Assembly: GCA_963422645.2 (NCBI GenBank)
Contig: CAXXVO010000011.1
Coordinates: forward strand, 1-64,000
Direction of reading: 5' to 3'
Length of the DNA stretch: 64,000 nucleotides
Source: Alphaproteobacteria bacterium
GTDB lineage: Bacteria > Pseudomonadota > Alphaproteobacteria > UBA828
The position numbers and the translations under genes are program-made. The notes beneath the pieces were generated by a model that saw nothing but the letters and a program-made list of their open reading frames with translations, was not told the origin of the DNA and made no database searches. This document shows positions 23,776-38,460 of this stretch, piece after piece (the stretch's first letter is position 1; each line of letters starts with the position of its first letter).

Positions 23776-25077
23776 GTGGAGAACACCGTCCACGCACCCT
23801 GGATAAGGGCGCCGGCCACCTGCGCGGTGATCGACGCTCTCACGGTCGAAGGCGCCGATGTCCGCTTCGTCGGCGGTTGCGTGCGCGACGCGCTGCTCGG
23901 GCGCGAGAGCGCCGATATCGACATCGGCACGCCCGATCCGCCAGAGCGGGTGTTGGCGCTGCTGGAGAGCGCCGGCATCGAAACCCGCACCGTCCCGCGC
24001 GGCATCGAGCACGGCACGGTTACCGCGCTTGCCGGCGGCGAGCGTTACGAAATCACCACGCTCAGGCGCGACGAGCGCACCGACGGCCGCCATGCCGAGG
24101 TCGCCTTCTCCGACGATTGGCAGGAAGACGCGGCGCGCCGCGACTTCACCATCAACGCCATGAGTGCTGCGCCGGTCGGCGCGCTGCACGACTATTTCGG
24201 CGGGCGGACGGACCTGGAGGCCGGACTCGTGCGCTTCGTCGGCGACCCGGCGACCCGCATCGCCGAGGACCACCTGCGCCTGCTCCGCTTCTTCCGCTTC
24301 TACGCCTGGTACGGCAAGGGCGAGCCCGATTTGGCCGCGCTCGAAGCCTGCAAGGCTGCTGCGCACACGATCCCGTCCCTCTCGGGCGAACGCGTGCAGG
24401 CCGAAATGTTGAAGCTGCTGAAGGCCGAGAATCCCGCGCCCGCGGTTCGCGCGATGTGGAACATGGGAGTGCTCACCGTGTTGCTCCCCGAGGCACATGG
24501 AACTGAGCTCTTTGCCAATCTGGTTAACATCGAGCTCACCCTTTCCATGCCCGCCGACCCTATCAGGCGGCTCGCTGCCCTGATCGCCCCCGCACAACGC
24601 GAAGAGCGCGACGACGCCATCTTCCGTGAAGCACACACCTCCCGCACCGACGCGGTCGCTAAGCAGGTCGCGGCCCGTTGGCGCCTTGACGCCGACGACG
24701 GCGCCCGCCTCGCCGCTTTGTGCAATCTACCCGCAATGTTCGACTTCACTGCTAATCGGCACTCCCGGCAGGTTCTGCTCTACCGGCTGGGCCCGGACTA
24801 TTTCCAGGACGTGACGCTGATGACCTGGGCCCTGCAGGACGACATCAAGAATGATAGTGCGTGGACAAAAATGCTGGATGAGGCCTCGAAATGGGAGGCC
24901 CCGACGTTCCTCTTGAATGGCGCCGACGTGCTGGAGCGCGGCATCCCGGAGGGGCCGGAGGTCGGCCGGCTTCTCCGCCAAGTCGAGGACTGGTGGATCG
25001 AGAACGACTTCACGCCCGACCGCAAGGCCCTACTCGACCGGCTCGACGCCCTCGTCGACGAGCGCCCCAGGGAGTGA
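23776..25077 (+). CDS. cca: CCA-adding tRNA nucleotidyltransferase
   Basis: VGGCVRD, DIDI, RRDFTINA and EDHLRLLRFFRF motifs. GTG start inferred. Confidence 0.9.
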   Translation: MENTVHAPWIRAPATCAVIDALTVEGADVRFVGGCVRDALLGRESADIDIGTPDPPERVLALLESAGIETRTVPRGIEHGTVTALAGGERYEITTLRRDERTDGRHAEVAFSDDWQEDAARRDFTINAMSAAPVGALHDYFGGRTDLEAGLVRFVGDPATRIAEDHLRLLRFFRFYAWYGKGEPDLAALEACKAAAHTIPSLSGERVQAEMLKLLKAENPAPAVRAMWNMGVLTVLLPEAHGTELFANLVNIELTLSMPADPIRRLAALIAPAQREERDDAIFREAHTSRTDAVAKQVAARWRLDADDGARLAALCNLPAMFDFTANRHSRQVLLYRLGPDYFQDVTLMTWALQDDIKNDSAWTKMLDEASKWEAPTFLLNGADVLERGIPEGPEVGRLLRQVEDWWIENDFTPDRKALLDRLDALVDERPRE

Positions 25078-25138
25078 CCGCCCGCCCCCTGGCATCGAGA
25101 TCGAGACGCTTCTATCCGCTCGTACCCTGCTTCCAGCT

Positions 25139-25232
25139 CGTCATGGCCGGGCTTGTCCCGGCCATCCATGCAACCGCCCGCCCATCAACGGAGCAGTCCG
25201 ACAAGATGCCCGGAACATGTCCGGGCATAACG
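25139..25232. repeat. Alphaproteobacterial REP/RPE-like double-hairpin palindromic element
   Basis: GTCATGGCCGGGCTTGTCCCGGCCATCCA...GATGCCCGGAACATGTCCGGGCATAAC between convergent genes. Confidence 0.8.
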
Positions 25233-25247
25233 ATGTGAGGGGCGCCC

Positions 25248-26975
25248 CTACTCCGCCGCTTCGGCGGCGCCGTCGAGGCCGTAGTGCTCCCGCGCCGAGG
25301 CGGAGGAGATATAGCCTTCGGCGACGTCCTCGATCACCTGCTCACGCGAGCGCTGGCTCGGATCGCCCCAACCACCGCCCCCGGGAGTCTGGAAGCGGAT
25401 CGAATCGCCCGGCCGGATGCGGACGTTGCTCCACTTGCTGGGGCTGGCCTTGCCGAAGGCCTCGTCGATCATGTGCCAGCTTGTCGTGTTCGCCTGCTGA
25501 TACCAAGTGCCGGCAAGCCCACCGGGCTGGCCGCCACCTAGCCCCCAGGGCCGGTTGCGGTGGCGGTCCGACATCTGGCTGCCCATGATCTCGATATCCA
25601 GGCTCTTGAGCGTGCGCTGGGTGCTGAGCCCGCCGCGATTCAAGCCGGCCCCGCCGGAATCCTGTACCAAGATGTAGGACTCAGTGCGGAAGGGGAAGCG
25701 GGTCTCGAACACCTCGACCGGCACCACCCGGCAGTTGCCGTTGATCGAATCGGTGGCGTCGTTACCGTCGGCGAAGCTGCGCCCGCCCCAGCCCGAGAGC
25801 TCGATGGCGTAGCACACGAACGCCTCGCCGCTCTCCTCATCGGTGCCGCCGAAGACGAAGTTGGTGTGCGTCGCGCCTTCCGCCGCCATCGTGCGATCGG
25901 GCAGCGCCGGCGCCAGCGCGCCGATCACGGCGCCCGCGATCTTGCAATGGGTCTCGGTGTTGCCGCCGACCTCGGGCCCGGGATAGTCGACGTTGAGCAA
26001 GGTGCCGGGCGGCGAAACCACGCGGATCGGGCGGAAGCAGCCCGAGTTCTTGGGGATGGTCTCGTCGGTGACTTGCAGGATGCCGTTGTAGGCGGCGGAG
26101 TAGGAGACGCCGAGGGTGGCATTGATCGGGCCGAGCGCCTGTGGCGAGGTGCCGGAATAGTCGATCACCACCTCGTCGCCCTGGACGTGAACCGCCACCT
26201 TGATGTCGTAGGGCTTGTTCTCGATGCCGTCGTCCTCGACCTGGTCCTGGAAGCGATAGACGCCGTCCTCGATGGCTCCGATCTCCGCGCGCATGCGGCT
26301 CTCGGAGTAGTCCATCAGGTCAAGCACGTTGCGGCGGAACTGGTCCTTGCCGTACTTGCGGATGAGCTTCTCAAGCCCGCGCTCGCCCACGTCTACGCCT
26401 GCAATCAGCGCGCGCAGGTCGCCGTAGTTGTAACGGGGGGTACGGACATTCGCGAGGAGCAGCTTCCACACCTCCTCCACGTCCTCGCCGCGGCTCATGA
26501 TCTTGACCGGAGGTACACGAAGTCCTTCCTGGAAGATCTCGGTCGCCTCGCCCGCGAAGGCGCCCGGCACCATGCCGCCGATCTCCTGCAGATGGCCGAT
26601 GGTCATGGCGAAGCCCATGAGCTCGTCATCGACGAAGACCGGCTTGATCAGCGTATGCTCGGGGCAGTGCAGGCCGCCTCGGTAGGGGTCGTTGTGGCAG
26701 ATCACGTCGCCGGGCTCGAGGGTCTCCAGCGGGATCTCCTTGACGCAACTCCGCACCAGCAGGGGCACGCCGCCGATCATAGAGGGGCAGTATTCGGCCT
26801 GCGCGATCATCTCGCCTTCGGGGCTCGCCAGCGCGCAGGTGAAGTCCAGCGCCTCGTTGAAGATCGTCGAATACGACGTCTTCATCAGGACGATGCCCAT
26901 CTCGCGGCAGACCGCGGTCATGGTCGAATCGATGATCGACATGGTGACCATGTCGACGTTGGGCTTCTCGGTCAT
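25248..26975 (-). CDS. Hydantoinase B/oxoprolinase family subunit
   Basis: NDPYRGGLHCPE, EIFQEG and TPGGGGWGDP motifs. Confidence 0.92.
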   Translation of the reverse strand: MTEKPNVDMVTMSIIDSTMTAVCREMGIVLMKTSYSTIFNEALDFTCALASPEGEMIAQAEYCPSMIGGVPLLVRSCVKEIPLETLEPGDVICHNDPYRGGLHCPEHTLIKPVFVDDELMGFAMTIGHLQEIGGMVPGAFAGEATEIFQEGLRVPPVKIMSRGEDVEEVWKLLLANVRTPRYNYGDLRALIAGVDVGERGLEKLIRKYGKDQFRRNVLDLMDYSESRMRAEIGAIEDGVYRFQDQVEDDGIENKPYDIKVAVHVQGDEVVIDYSGTSPQALGPINATLGVSYSAAYNGILQVTDETIPKNSGCFRPIRVVSPPGTLLNVDYPGPEVGGNTETHCKIAGAVIGALAPALPDRTMAAEGATHTNFVFGGTDEESGEAFVCYAIELSGWGGRSFADGNDATDSINGNCRVVPVEVFETRFPFRTESYILVQDSGGAGLNRGGLSTQRTLKSLDIEIMGSQMSDRHRNRPWGLGGGQPGGLAGTWYQQANTTSWHMIDEAFGKASPSKWSNVRIRPGDSIRFQTPGGGGWGDPSQRSREQVIEDVAEGYISSASAREHYGLDGAAEAAE

Positions 26976-26977
26976 GA

Positions 26978-29026
26978 TCAGGACTCCTCGGCGATGCGGC
27001 CGATCAGAAGATTGCCGTACTGATCCACCTTCATGGGTTGGCCGGGGCGCAGCACAGTCACCGAGACCGGTTCCTCGATGACCGCAGGCCCGGTGATCGC
27101 GTGGCCGTCGCGCAACTGAGCACGGTTGTAGATCGGCGTTTCGTGGCGCCCGTCGTCGAACACGACCGAGCGCGTGGTCACAACCTCGGGTTCGCCCTCC
27201 GCCTTGCCGATTGTGGCGAGGTCGAGCTTCTCGGTGAGCGAGACGACGGTGGCCTTGACGGTAATGACCTCGATCACCTCGCGCGGAATGTTGAAGCCGA
27301 AGCGCGCGTGATGCATGTCGTGGAACGCCTGCCAGACCTTGGGCGTGGTCTCGTCGGTGAACGAGTCGAACGCGACGGGAATTTCCAGCTCGTAGTTCTG
27401 GCCGAGATAGCGCATCTCCAGCGAGCGGTAGATTTCGATGTTCTTGACGTAGCCCTGCGCCTTCAGCTCGGCGATGCCGGTCTCGATCAGCGCGCTCATC
27501 ACCTCCGATGCGCGCACCTGGTCGAAGCGCTTGGACGTCATCTGCACCGTGCGCTGCACGTCGACGCGGGCGTCGGTGAGGATGAAGCCGAAGGCCGAGA
27601 ACTGGCCGGGATAGTTGGGAATGACGCCAGACGGGATGCCTGCGTCGTTCATCAGATCGGCCGCGTGCAGCGGGCCTGCGCCGCCGAAGGCGAGCAGCGC
27701 GAAATCGCGGGGGTCGAGACCGCGCTCGATCAGCACCGAGCGGAGCGCGCCCACCATGTTGTTGTTGGCGATCTGCACGATGGCCAGTGCCGTCTCCTCG
27801 GCGGTGCGCCCAAGCGGTCCGGCGACGCTCGCGATCGCCTTCTCCGCCGCCTGGAGATCCAGGGCCATTTCACCACCGAGGAAGTTCTCGGGGTTGATGC
27901 GGCCGAGCAGCAGGTTGGCGTCGGTGACCGCCGGGCGCTCGCCGCCGGCGCCGTAGCAGGCGGGGCCGGGGTTAGCGCCCGCGCTCTCGGGCCCCACGCG
28001 CAGCATGCCGCCCTTGTCGATCCAGGCGATGGAGCCGCCGCCGGCGCCGATGGTGCGGATATCGATCATGGGGATCTGGATGGGGACGCCGAACTCCACC
28101 TCGTAATCGGTGGTGAAGTTCTCCTGACCGCCAACGATGGTCGACGTGTCGGTCGACGTGCCGCCCATGTCGAGGGTGACGAGGTGGCTGATCCCGCTCA
28201 GCTTGGCGACATGCTTGCCCGCAATCACGCCGCCGGTGGGGCCGGACACGGTCATCTGGATCGGCGTGCGCTGCGCCGCCTCCAGAGTCATCTCGCCGCC
28301 GTTCGACTTGATGACCACGGCCTGATCGGTGACCCCGCTCTCCCTGAAGAGCTCCCGCAGGCTCGCGACCTGACTGTTCACCACCGGCTTGACGTAGGCG
28401 TCGGCGATGGTGGTGGATGCGCGCTCGTATTCCTTCCACTTCGGCAGCACGTCGTAGGAGATGGAGATCGGAATATCCGGCAGCTCCTCCTCCAGAATCT
28501 CCTTGGCGCGCCGTTCGTGATCAGGCGTCACGTACGAGAACAGGAAGTTGACGGCCACCGCCTCGATGGAGCCTTCCTCCCTGATCTGTTGCGCGATAGC
28601 GCGGACCCCGTCCTCGTCGAGCGGCACATGGACCGTGCCGTCGGACATGATCCGCTCGTTCACTTCGTAGCAGTGACGGCGCTTCACCAGCGGCTTCGGC
28701 TTGATCCAGGTGATGTCGTAGTGGCTGCGCCGGTTTCCCCGCTGGATGAAGGGAATGTCGCGAAAGCCCTCGGTGGTCACGTAGGCCACCTTGGCGCCCT
28801 TGCGCTCCAGGATCGCGTTGGTGGCGACCGTGGTCCCGAGCCTGATGTTTCGGATGTCCGACGGCGCCTCGAAACGCCCGAGGCCGCCCAGGATGCCTTC
28901 GTTGGGGTCGTGAGGCGTCGACAGGATCTTCCAAACATCGATCGCCCTGGTCTCAGAATTGTAGCTCACGAAATCAGTGAATGTACCACCCACATCGATC
29001 CCGACCAGATAATCTGTCAACGCCAC
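26978..29026 (-). CDS. Hydantoinase A/oxoprolinase family subunit
   Basis: GIDVGGTFTD, TTVATNA, DMGGTSTD, IGAGGGS and PGPACY motifs. Confidence 0.93.
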   Translation of the reverse strand: MALTDYLVGIDVGGTFTDFVSYNSETRAIDVWKILSTPHDPNEGILGGLGRFEAPSDIRNIRLGTTVATNAILERKGAKVAYVTTEGFRDIPFIQRGNRRSHYDITWIKPKPLVKRRHCYEVNERIMSDGTVHVPLDEDGVRAIAQQIREEGSIEAVAVNFLFSYVTPDHERRAKEILEEELPDIPISISYDVLPKWKEYERASTTIADAYVKPVVNSQVASLRELFRESGVTDQAVVIKSNGGEMTLEAAQRTPIQMTVSGPTGGVIAGKHVAKLSGISHLVTLDMGGTSTDTSTIVGGQENFTTDYEVEFGVPIQIPMIDIRTIGAGGGSIAWIDKGGMLRVGPESAGANPGPACYGAGGERPAVTDANLLLGRINPENFLGGEMALDLQAAEKAIASVAGPLGRTAEETALAIVQIANNNMVGALRSVLIERGLDPRDFALLAFGGAGPLHAADLMNDAGIPSGVIPNYPGQFSAFGFILTDARVDVQRTVQMTSKRFDQVRASEVMSALIETGIAELKAQGYVKNIEIYRSLEMRYLGQNYELEIPVAFDSFTDETTPKVWQAFHDMHHARFGFNIPREVIEVITVKATVVSLTEKLDLATIGKAEGEPEVVTTRSVVFDDGRHETPIYNRAQLRDGHAITGPAVIEEPVSVTVLRPGQPMKVDQYGNLLIGRIAEES

Positions 29027-29304
29027 TCTCCCACGCGTTAAAGCGCGCGCCGGGCCAATCGGACTCGACGACGCACCGGTTCGATCATATCCCGGCCTCC
29101 CCGTGTGCCGGACGGCAGAATGTTATGGGGAGAGCGGCCCTGAGGCAACCGCGCCTCCCCCCCGCGCCTCCCCGCTCGCGATCTCGGACTCTCAAGCTCC
29201 GTTGCCAGACACCCGCCTGCTTTGCGTGAGCTCGCCATGCCTTGACTCCGGGCAGCGCATCAAAGATTGACGGGCCTCGGTCAGCACTCCCGTGGAGTCG
29301 CATC

Positions 29305-29624
29305 ATGCACTGGCTCTTTCTCGCCTTCGCCATAATCTTCGAGGTCGGCGGCACGACCTCCATGAAGCTGAGCGAGGGGCTGACCAAGCCCGTCTTCACG
29401 GCGCTAATATTCATCCTCTACGGCGCCAGCTTCGTGTTGTTCGCGCTTGCACTGAAGAAGCTCGACCTCGGCCTGTCCTACGCAATCTGGGCAGGCATCG
29501 GAACGGCGGTAATCGCCGTGATCGGCTACGTCTGGTTCAAGGAGCCGATGGGGCCGCTCAGAATCGGCTCCATCACCCTCATCATCATCGGCGTGGTCGG
29601 GCTCAACCTCTCCCGCGGCGCACA

Positions 29625-29628
<4 letters not shown>
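29305..29628 (+). CDS. SMR-family small multidrug transporter
   Basis: Four TMs, conserved TM1 Glu ([14 protein letters not shown]) and YAIWAGIG. Confidence 0.9.
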
Positions 29629-34097
<4,469 letters not shown>

Positions 34098-34106
34098 CTG
34101 CCCGCG

Positions 34107-34943
34107 TCAGAACACGTCGCCGAAGACCCGGCTGATCCAGGACTCCTCGTCGACCTCGGGCTTGAGATCGGAGTCGACGAGCAGGGCATAGCTGTGCTGG
34201 TACCACCGGCTGCCCGGGTAGTTGTGGCCGAGGACGGCGGCCGAGGTCTGCGCCTCGTTGGGCACGCCGAGCGCCAGATACGCCTCGGTCAGGCGGTGCA
34301 GCGCCTCCGGCGTGTGACTCGTGGTCTGGTATTGTTCGACGACCATGCGGAAGCGCCCGATCGCCGCGATGGGGTTCTCGCGGCGCAGGTAGTAGCGGCC
34401 GACGGTCATCTCCTTGCCGGCGAGATGATCGCGCGCCAGATCGATCTTGAGGCGGACATCGCGCGCATAGACGCTGTCGGGAAAACGGCGCGCCACCTCT
34501 TCCAGCGCCTGCAACGCACGCGCCGTCGCCCCCTGATCGCGGCCTACGTCCGAGATTTGTTCGTAATGGGACATGGCGACCAAGTAGTAGCCATACGCGG
34601 CGTCGCGATGGCCCGGGTGCAGCTCGACGAAACGTTCGGCTGCGGCGATGGCCTCGTCGTAGCGATTGCCCTGGTAATAGACGTACGCCGACATGATCTG
34701 CGCCCGCGTCGCCCACACGGAATAGGGGTGCTGGCGCTCGACCTCGAGGAAGCCCGTCGCAGCGTCCTCCAGGTCGTCGTCCAGCAGGCTGTCCATCGCC
34801 TCGTTGTAGAGCTCCTCGACGGAACGTTCGACGTAGGCCCCCTCGTCTCCCGTCGCACAGCCCACGAGCAGTGCCAAGACCAGCCCGATCGACGCTACAA
34901 GCGCCACCGGGGTGGCGGGAACCAACGTGCGCATTCGCCTCAT
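34107..34943 (-). CDS. bamD: Outer membrane assembly lipoprotein BamD
   Basis: Lipobox LVGC, EVERQHPYS, DHLAGKEM and AAVLGHNYP motifs; upstream of recN. Confidence 0.95.
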   Translation of the reverse strand: MRRMRTLVPATPVALVASIGLVLALLVGCATGDEGAYVERSVEELYNEAMDSLLDDDLEDAATGFLEVERQHPYSVWATRAQIMSAYVYYQGNRYDEAIAAAERFVELHPGHRDAAYGYYLVAMSHYEQISDVGRDQGATARALQALEEVARRFPDSVYARDVRLKIDLARDHLAGKEMTVGRYYLRRENPIAAIGRFRMVVEQYQTTSHTPEALHRLTEAYLALGVPNEAQTSAAVLGHNYPGSRWYQHSYALLVDSDLKPEVDEESWISRVFGDVF

Positions 34944-36361
34944 GACTGGCCTTGCCCCTCATGCTCGACCAACTCGTCGGCCGGCTCTTCAATACTCTCC
35001 TGCCTCGCGGCTTCTTCGGCGGCGGCGGCAGCGGCGGCCTCCGCGATGCGGTCTTCCCGCACCTCTTCCAACGCCTCCACCAGATCGCGCGTGATCTGCG
35101 GTACCATGCGCAGCCCATTCTCCCTCAAGAAATGCCCGGTCGCCTCGATAGTGAGCTGGCCGGCGACTCCGTCCACCGCCGCATCATAGTATCCCAGCGA
35201 CTTCAGCAGCCGTTGCGCGTAAATGGCGGAATCGCGGAATCCGTTCGCAGGCCTCGGCAGGGCAACGCCGAAAGTGGGCTCCTCCGCTGCGTCCTCGGCG
35301 TCTGCTTGGGCCAGGAACTCGGTGCTCAGCGAATCCGCCTTGGCACGCTCCTGCGGCGATATCAGGCGGCTGAGCCGGTCGCGGTAGTTGATCGCATCTT
35401 CGCCGGCGGGGCCTTCGGCATGGGCGGCGAGGCTGAACCAGGCCATCGCCCGGATCAGATCTCGCTCGACGCCGAGGCCATTGGCATAGAGAAGGCCGAG
35501 GCCGTTCTGCCCCAGCGCGTCGCCCTGCACGGCAGCGGCCTTGTACCAGTGGTAGGCCTGTTCGAAGTCACGGGTCACGCCCCGGCCGAGGTAGTGAAGC
35601 GCCGCCAGATTGCTCTGGGCGATGGCGAGACCCTTGCGCGCCGCACGGCGGTACCACACGACCGCCTTGTCGTAGTCCCGGACGCCGAGCAATCCCTTCT
35701 CGTAGATGAAGCCGAGATTGTTCATGGCCCGCGCCTCGCCGGCGTCGGCGGCGCGAGTGTACCACTCCCGCGCCTGCCCGATATCCCGCGGTGTACCCAG
35801 CCCTTCGTCGTAGAGGGTCGCCAGATTGTACTGGGCGTCGGTCAGGCCCTGCTCGGCCGCGCGATGGTACCAACCCGCAGCCGTCGCATGATTCTGGGTG
35901 ACTCCGAGCCCGCGGTCGTAGGCGACGCCAAGCTCGTACTGGGCCTCGGCGAGACCGCGCCGCGCGGCGGTTTCGAGAAGCTTGATCTGCTCCTCATCCG
36001 GCTCGGGCTCGAGCACACCCGTGCGTTGCAGACGCGCCAATGCGAGCCGGGCAAGGTCGACCCGTCGCGATGCCGCGGCGCGGTACCAGCGCGCCGCCTG
36101 CTCGGCATCAGCTTCCACGCCAAGGCCGTTCTCGTAGAGCGTACCCAGGTTGAACTGCGCGTCGACGTCGCCGGCGTAGGCGAGCGTGGACCAGATGGCG
36201 CGGGCCGCGCCGTAATCTCCCTGCCGAAACGCTTCATAGGCCTCGAAGAAGTCCGCCGCCGCTGCCTTCGGTGTGGCGCATGCAGACATGCAAAGCGCTG
36301 CCGCCCCCACGCAGGCAGTCAACGCGAATGTCCGGAATGCTCGCAAGGAGTCGCGGTCCAT
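34940..36361 (-). CDS. Secreted Sel1-repeat protein with a C-terminal peptidoglycan-binding domain
   Basis: About six AQxNLxxxYxxGxG repeats and QRLLKSLGYYDAAVDGVAG..T; hydrophobic N-terminus. Start uncertain. Confidence 0.85.
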   Translation of the reverse strand: MDRDSLRAFRTFALTACVGAAALCMSACATPKAAAADFFEAYEAFRQGDYGAARAIWSTLAYAGDVDAQFNLGTLYENGLGVEADAEQAARWYRAAASRRVDLARLALARLQRTGVLEPEPDEEQIKLLETAARRGLAEAQYELGVAYDRGLGVTQNHATAAGWYHRAAEQGLTDAQYNLATLYDEGLGTPRDIGQAREWYTRAADAGEARAMNNLGFIYEKGLLGVRDYDKAVVWYRRAARKGLAIAQSNLAALHYLGRGVTRDFEQAYHWYKAAAVQGDALGQNGLGLLYANGLGVERDLIRAMAWFSLAAHAEGPAGEDAINYRDRLSRLISPQERAKADSLSTEFLAQADAEDAAEEPTFGVALPRPANGFRDSAIYAQRLLKSLGYYDAAVDGVAGQLTIEATGHFLRENGLRMVPQITRDLVEALEEVREDRIAEAAAAAAAEEAARQESIEEPADELVEHEGQGQS

Positions 36362-36457
36362 GCCGTTGGCGGAACCCGATCGTTGCTGCGCGGCGCACGG
36401 CGCCGCAGCCCCTGCCTCACCTTGCACGCCTGTTCTCGATCGTCAATAAACTGTTGC

Positions 36458-37240
36458 ATGCGCCTGCGGATATTCCAGATCGATGCGTTCGCCGATGCGG
36501 TGTTCGGCGGCAATCCGGCTGCGGTGTGCCCCCTGGAATCGTGGCTCGACGATGCCAAGCTGCAGGCCATCGCGAACGAGAACAACCTGTCGGAGACCGC
36601 TTTCTTCGTGCCGGATAAGGGTGCCTATGCGTTGCGCTGGTTCACGCCCTTGGCCGAAGTCGATCTGTGTGGTCACGCGACCCTCGCCAGCGCCTACGTC
36701 GTGTTCCATCATCTGCAGCGTGACGCCGATTCGGTCGCCTTCGAGACCAGGAGCGGCCGCCTCGAGGTGACCCGCGGCGACGACGGTCTCACCATGGATT
36801 TCCCGGCGCTGGCCGCGCACCCCGTCGAGTCGCCGGCCGGCCTTGCCGAGGGTCTCGGTGCCGCGCCCGAAGCAGTGTTTGCCGACATGGACTATCTCGC
36901 GCCCTTCGAAACCGAAGCCGAAATCAGAGCGATCCAGCCCGACATGACGGCGTTGGCCCGCCTCGACGAGCGGCGCGGGGTCATCGTGACCGCGCCGGGC
37001 GAGAGCGCGGACTTCGTCTCGCGCTTCTTCTGCCCCCGACTCGGGGTTCCCGAAGACCCGGTCACCGGGTCCGCCCATTGCATGCTCGCGCCGTTCTGGG
37101 CGGAACGCCTGGGCAAGACGGTCCTTCACGCCCGTCAGGTCTCGGCGCGCGGCGGGGCGGTGCGGTGCACGGTCGCAGGCGACCGTGTCCGGCTCGCCGG
37201 CCGCGCCGTGCAGTATCTCGAGGGGACGATCGCGGTCTGA
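36458..37240 (+). CDS. PhzF-family isomerase
   Basis: IDAF..FGGNPAAV, EVDLCGHATLA and EDPVTGSAH motifs. Confidence 0.93.
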   Translation: MRLRIFQIDAFADAVFGGNPAAVCPLESWLDDAKLQAIANENNLSETAFFVPDKGAYALRWFTPLAEVDLCGHATLASAYVVFHHLQRDADSVAFETRSGRLEVTRGDDGLTMDFPALAAHPVESPAGLAEGLGAAPEAVFADMDYLAPFETEAEIRAIQPDMTALARLDERRGVIVTAPGESADFVSRFFCPRLGVPEDPVTGSAHCMLAPFWAERLGKTVLHARQVSARGGAVRCTVAGDRVRLAGRAVQYLEGTIAV

Positions 37241-37272
37241 GCCCGAGAGGCCTGTACCGACCGTTCCGCCCC

Positions 37273-38433
37273 ATGAAGCCCAGCGTCCGTCCCGACAACC
37301 CGCTCTTCTCCTCCGGGCCCTGCCCCAAGCGCCCCGGTTGGTCCGTCGACGTCCTTTCGGGCGCGCTCCTTGGCCGGTCTCACCGGGCAAGAGAGCCATT
37401 GGCGCGGATTCAGGAGCTGCTGGAGCGCTCGCGCGCGCTTCTCGGCCTGCCGGACGAGTGGCGCATCGGGATCGTGCCGGGCTCCGATACGGGCGCCATC
37501 GAGATGGCCATGTGGTCGCTGCTCGGCCCGCGTGGAGTCGACCTTCTGCGCTGGGACAATTTCGGCGCGCTCTGGGCTTTTGACGGCGAGCGCGAGCTGC
37601 GCCCGCTGGATGCACGGGTAATCGACGCGCCTTACGGCCGCCTGCCCGATCTCGCGCAGGTCGACCCGAAGCGCGACACGGTGTTCGTCTGGAACGGCAC
37701 CACGTCTGGCGTACGGGTGCCTGACGCAGAATGGATCGCCGCCGACCGTGCAGGGCTCACGCTCTGTGACGCCACCTCCGCCGTCCTCGCCTATCCAATG
37801 GACTGGACCAAGCTCGATGCGACCACCTACTCGTGGCAAAAGGTGCTGGGCGGCGAGGCCGGGTTCGGCATGCTGATCCTGGGTCCTCGGGCGGTGGAGC
37901 GGCTGGAGAGCGAGGCGCCGCCCTGGCCGGTGCCCCGGGTGTTCCGGCTCACGTCCGGCGACGGCAGGCTCAACGAGGGCATATTCCGGGGCGAGACCAT
38001 CAACACGGTCTCGATGATGGCGGTCGAGGATGCGCTCGACGCGCTCCGCTGGATCGAATCGATCGGCGGCCAGCACGGCATGATCGCACGGTCACAAGCC
38101 AATTTCGGTGTCATCGATGCATGGGTCGCCGAGCGCGAGTGGGTCGACTTCCTGGCGGAGGCGCCGGAGACCCGCTCGCACACATCGGTGTGCCTCAGCA
38201 TCGCCGACCCCTGGTTCAACGACCTCGGCACCGACGAGCAGTGGGACGCGATCAAGCTCATGTGCGCGCTGCTGGAGTCGGAGAGCGCCGCATATGATAT
38301 CAAGACCCACCGGGCCGCTCCGCCGGGGCTTCGCATCTGGTGCGGCGGTACGGTTCAGCGCGGCGATCTCGAAGCACTGACTCTGTGGCTCGATTGGGCC
38401 TGGGACGAGATGCGCCGGCAGGGAGCGGGCTGA
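37273..38433 (+). CDS. serC: Phosphoserine aminotransferase (alphaproteobacterial/Methanosarcina type)
   Basis: FSSGPC, GRSHR, WNGTTSGV, SWQKVLGGE and GLRIWCG motifs. Confidence 0.93.
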   Translation: MKPSVRPDNPLFSSGPCPKRPGWSVDVLSGALLGRSHRAREPLARIQELLERSRALLGLPDEWRIGIVPGSDTGAIEMAMWSLLGPRGVDLLRWDNFGALWAFDGERELRPLDARVIDAPYGRLPDLAQVDPKRDTVFVWNGTTSGVRVPDAEWIAADRAGLTLCDATSAVLAYPMDWTKLDATTYSWQKVLGGEAGFGMLILGPRAVERLESEAPPWPVPRVFRLTSGDGRLNEGIFRGETINTVSMMAVEDALDALRWIESIGGQHGMIARSQANFGVIDAWVAEREWVDFLAEAPETRSHTSVCLSIADPWFNDLGTDEQWDAIKLMCALLESESAAYDIKTHRAAPPGLRIWCGGTVQRGDLEALTLWLDWAWDEMRRQGAG

Positions 38434-38460
38434 ACCGCCCAGCCGCAGGGACCGGACGCG

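Noticed and set aside
27038-29041. Long antisense or overlapping ORFs here and throughout (for example 2408-4075, 30814-32526, 38092-39819)
   Set aside because: Typical high-GC shadow ORFs opposite well-supported genes, with no recognisable motifs.
29030-29304. Guanidine riboswitch upstream of the SMR gene
   Set aside because: I found no twin ACGR-loop hairpins or recognisable guanidine-I/III consensus.
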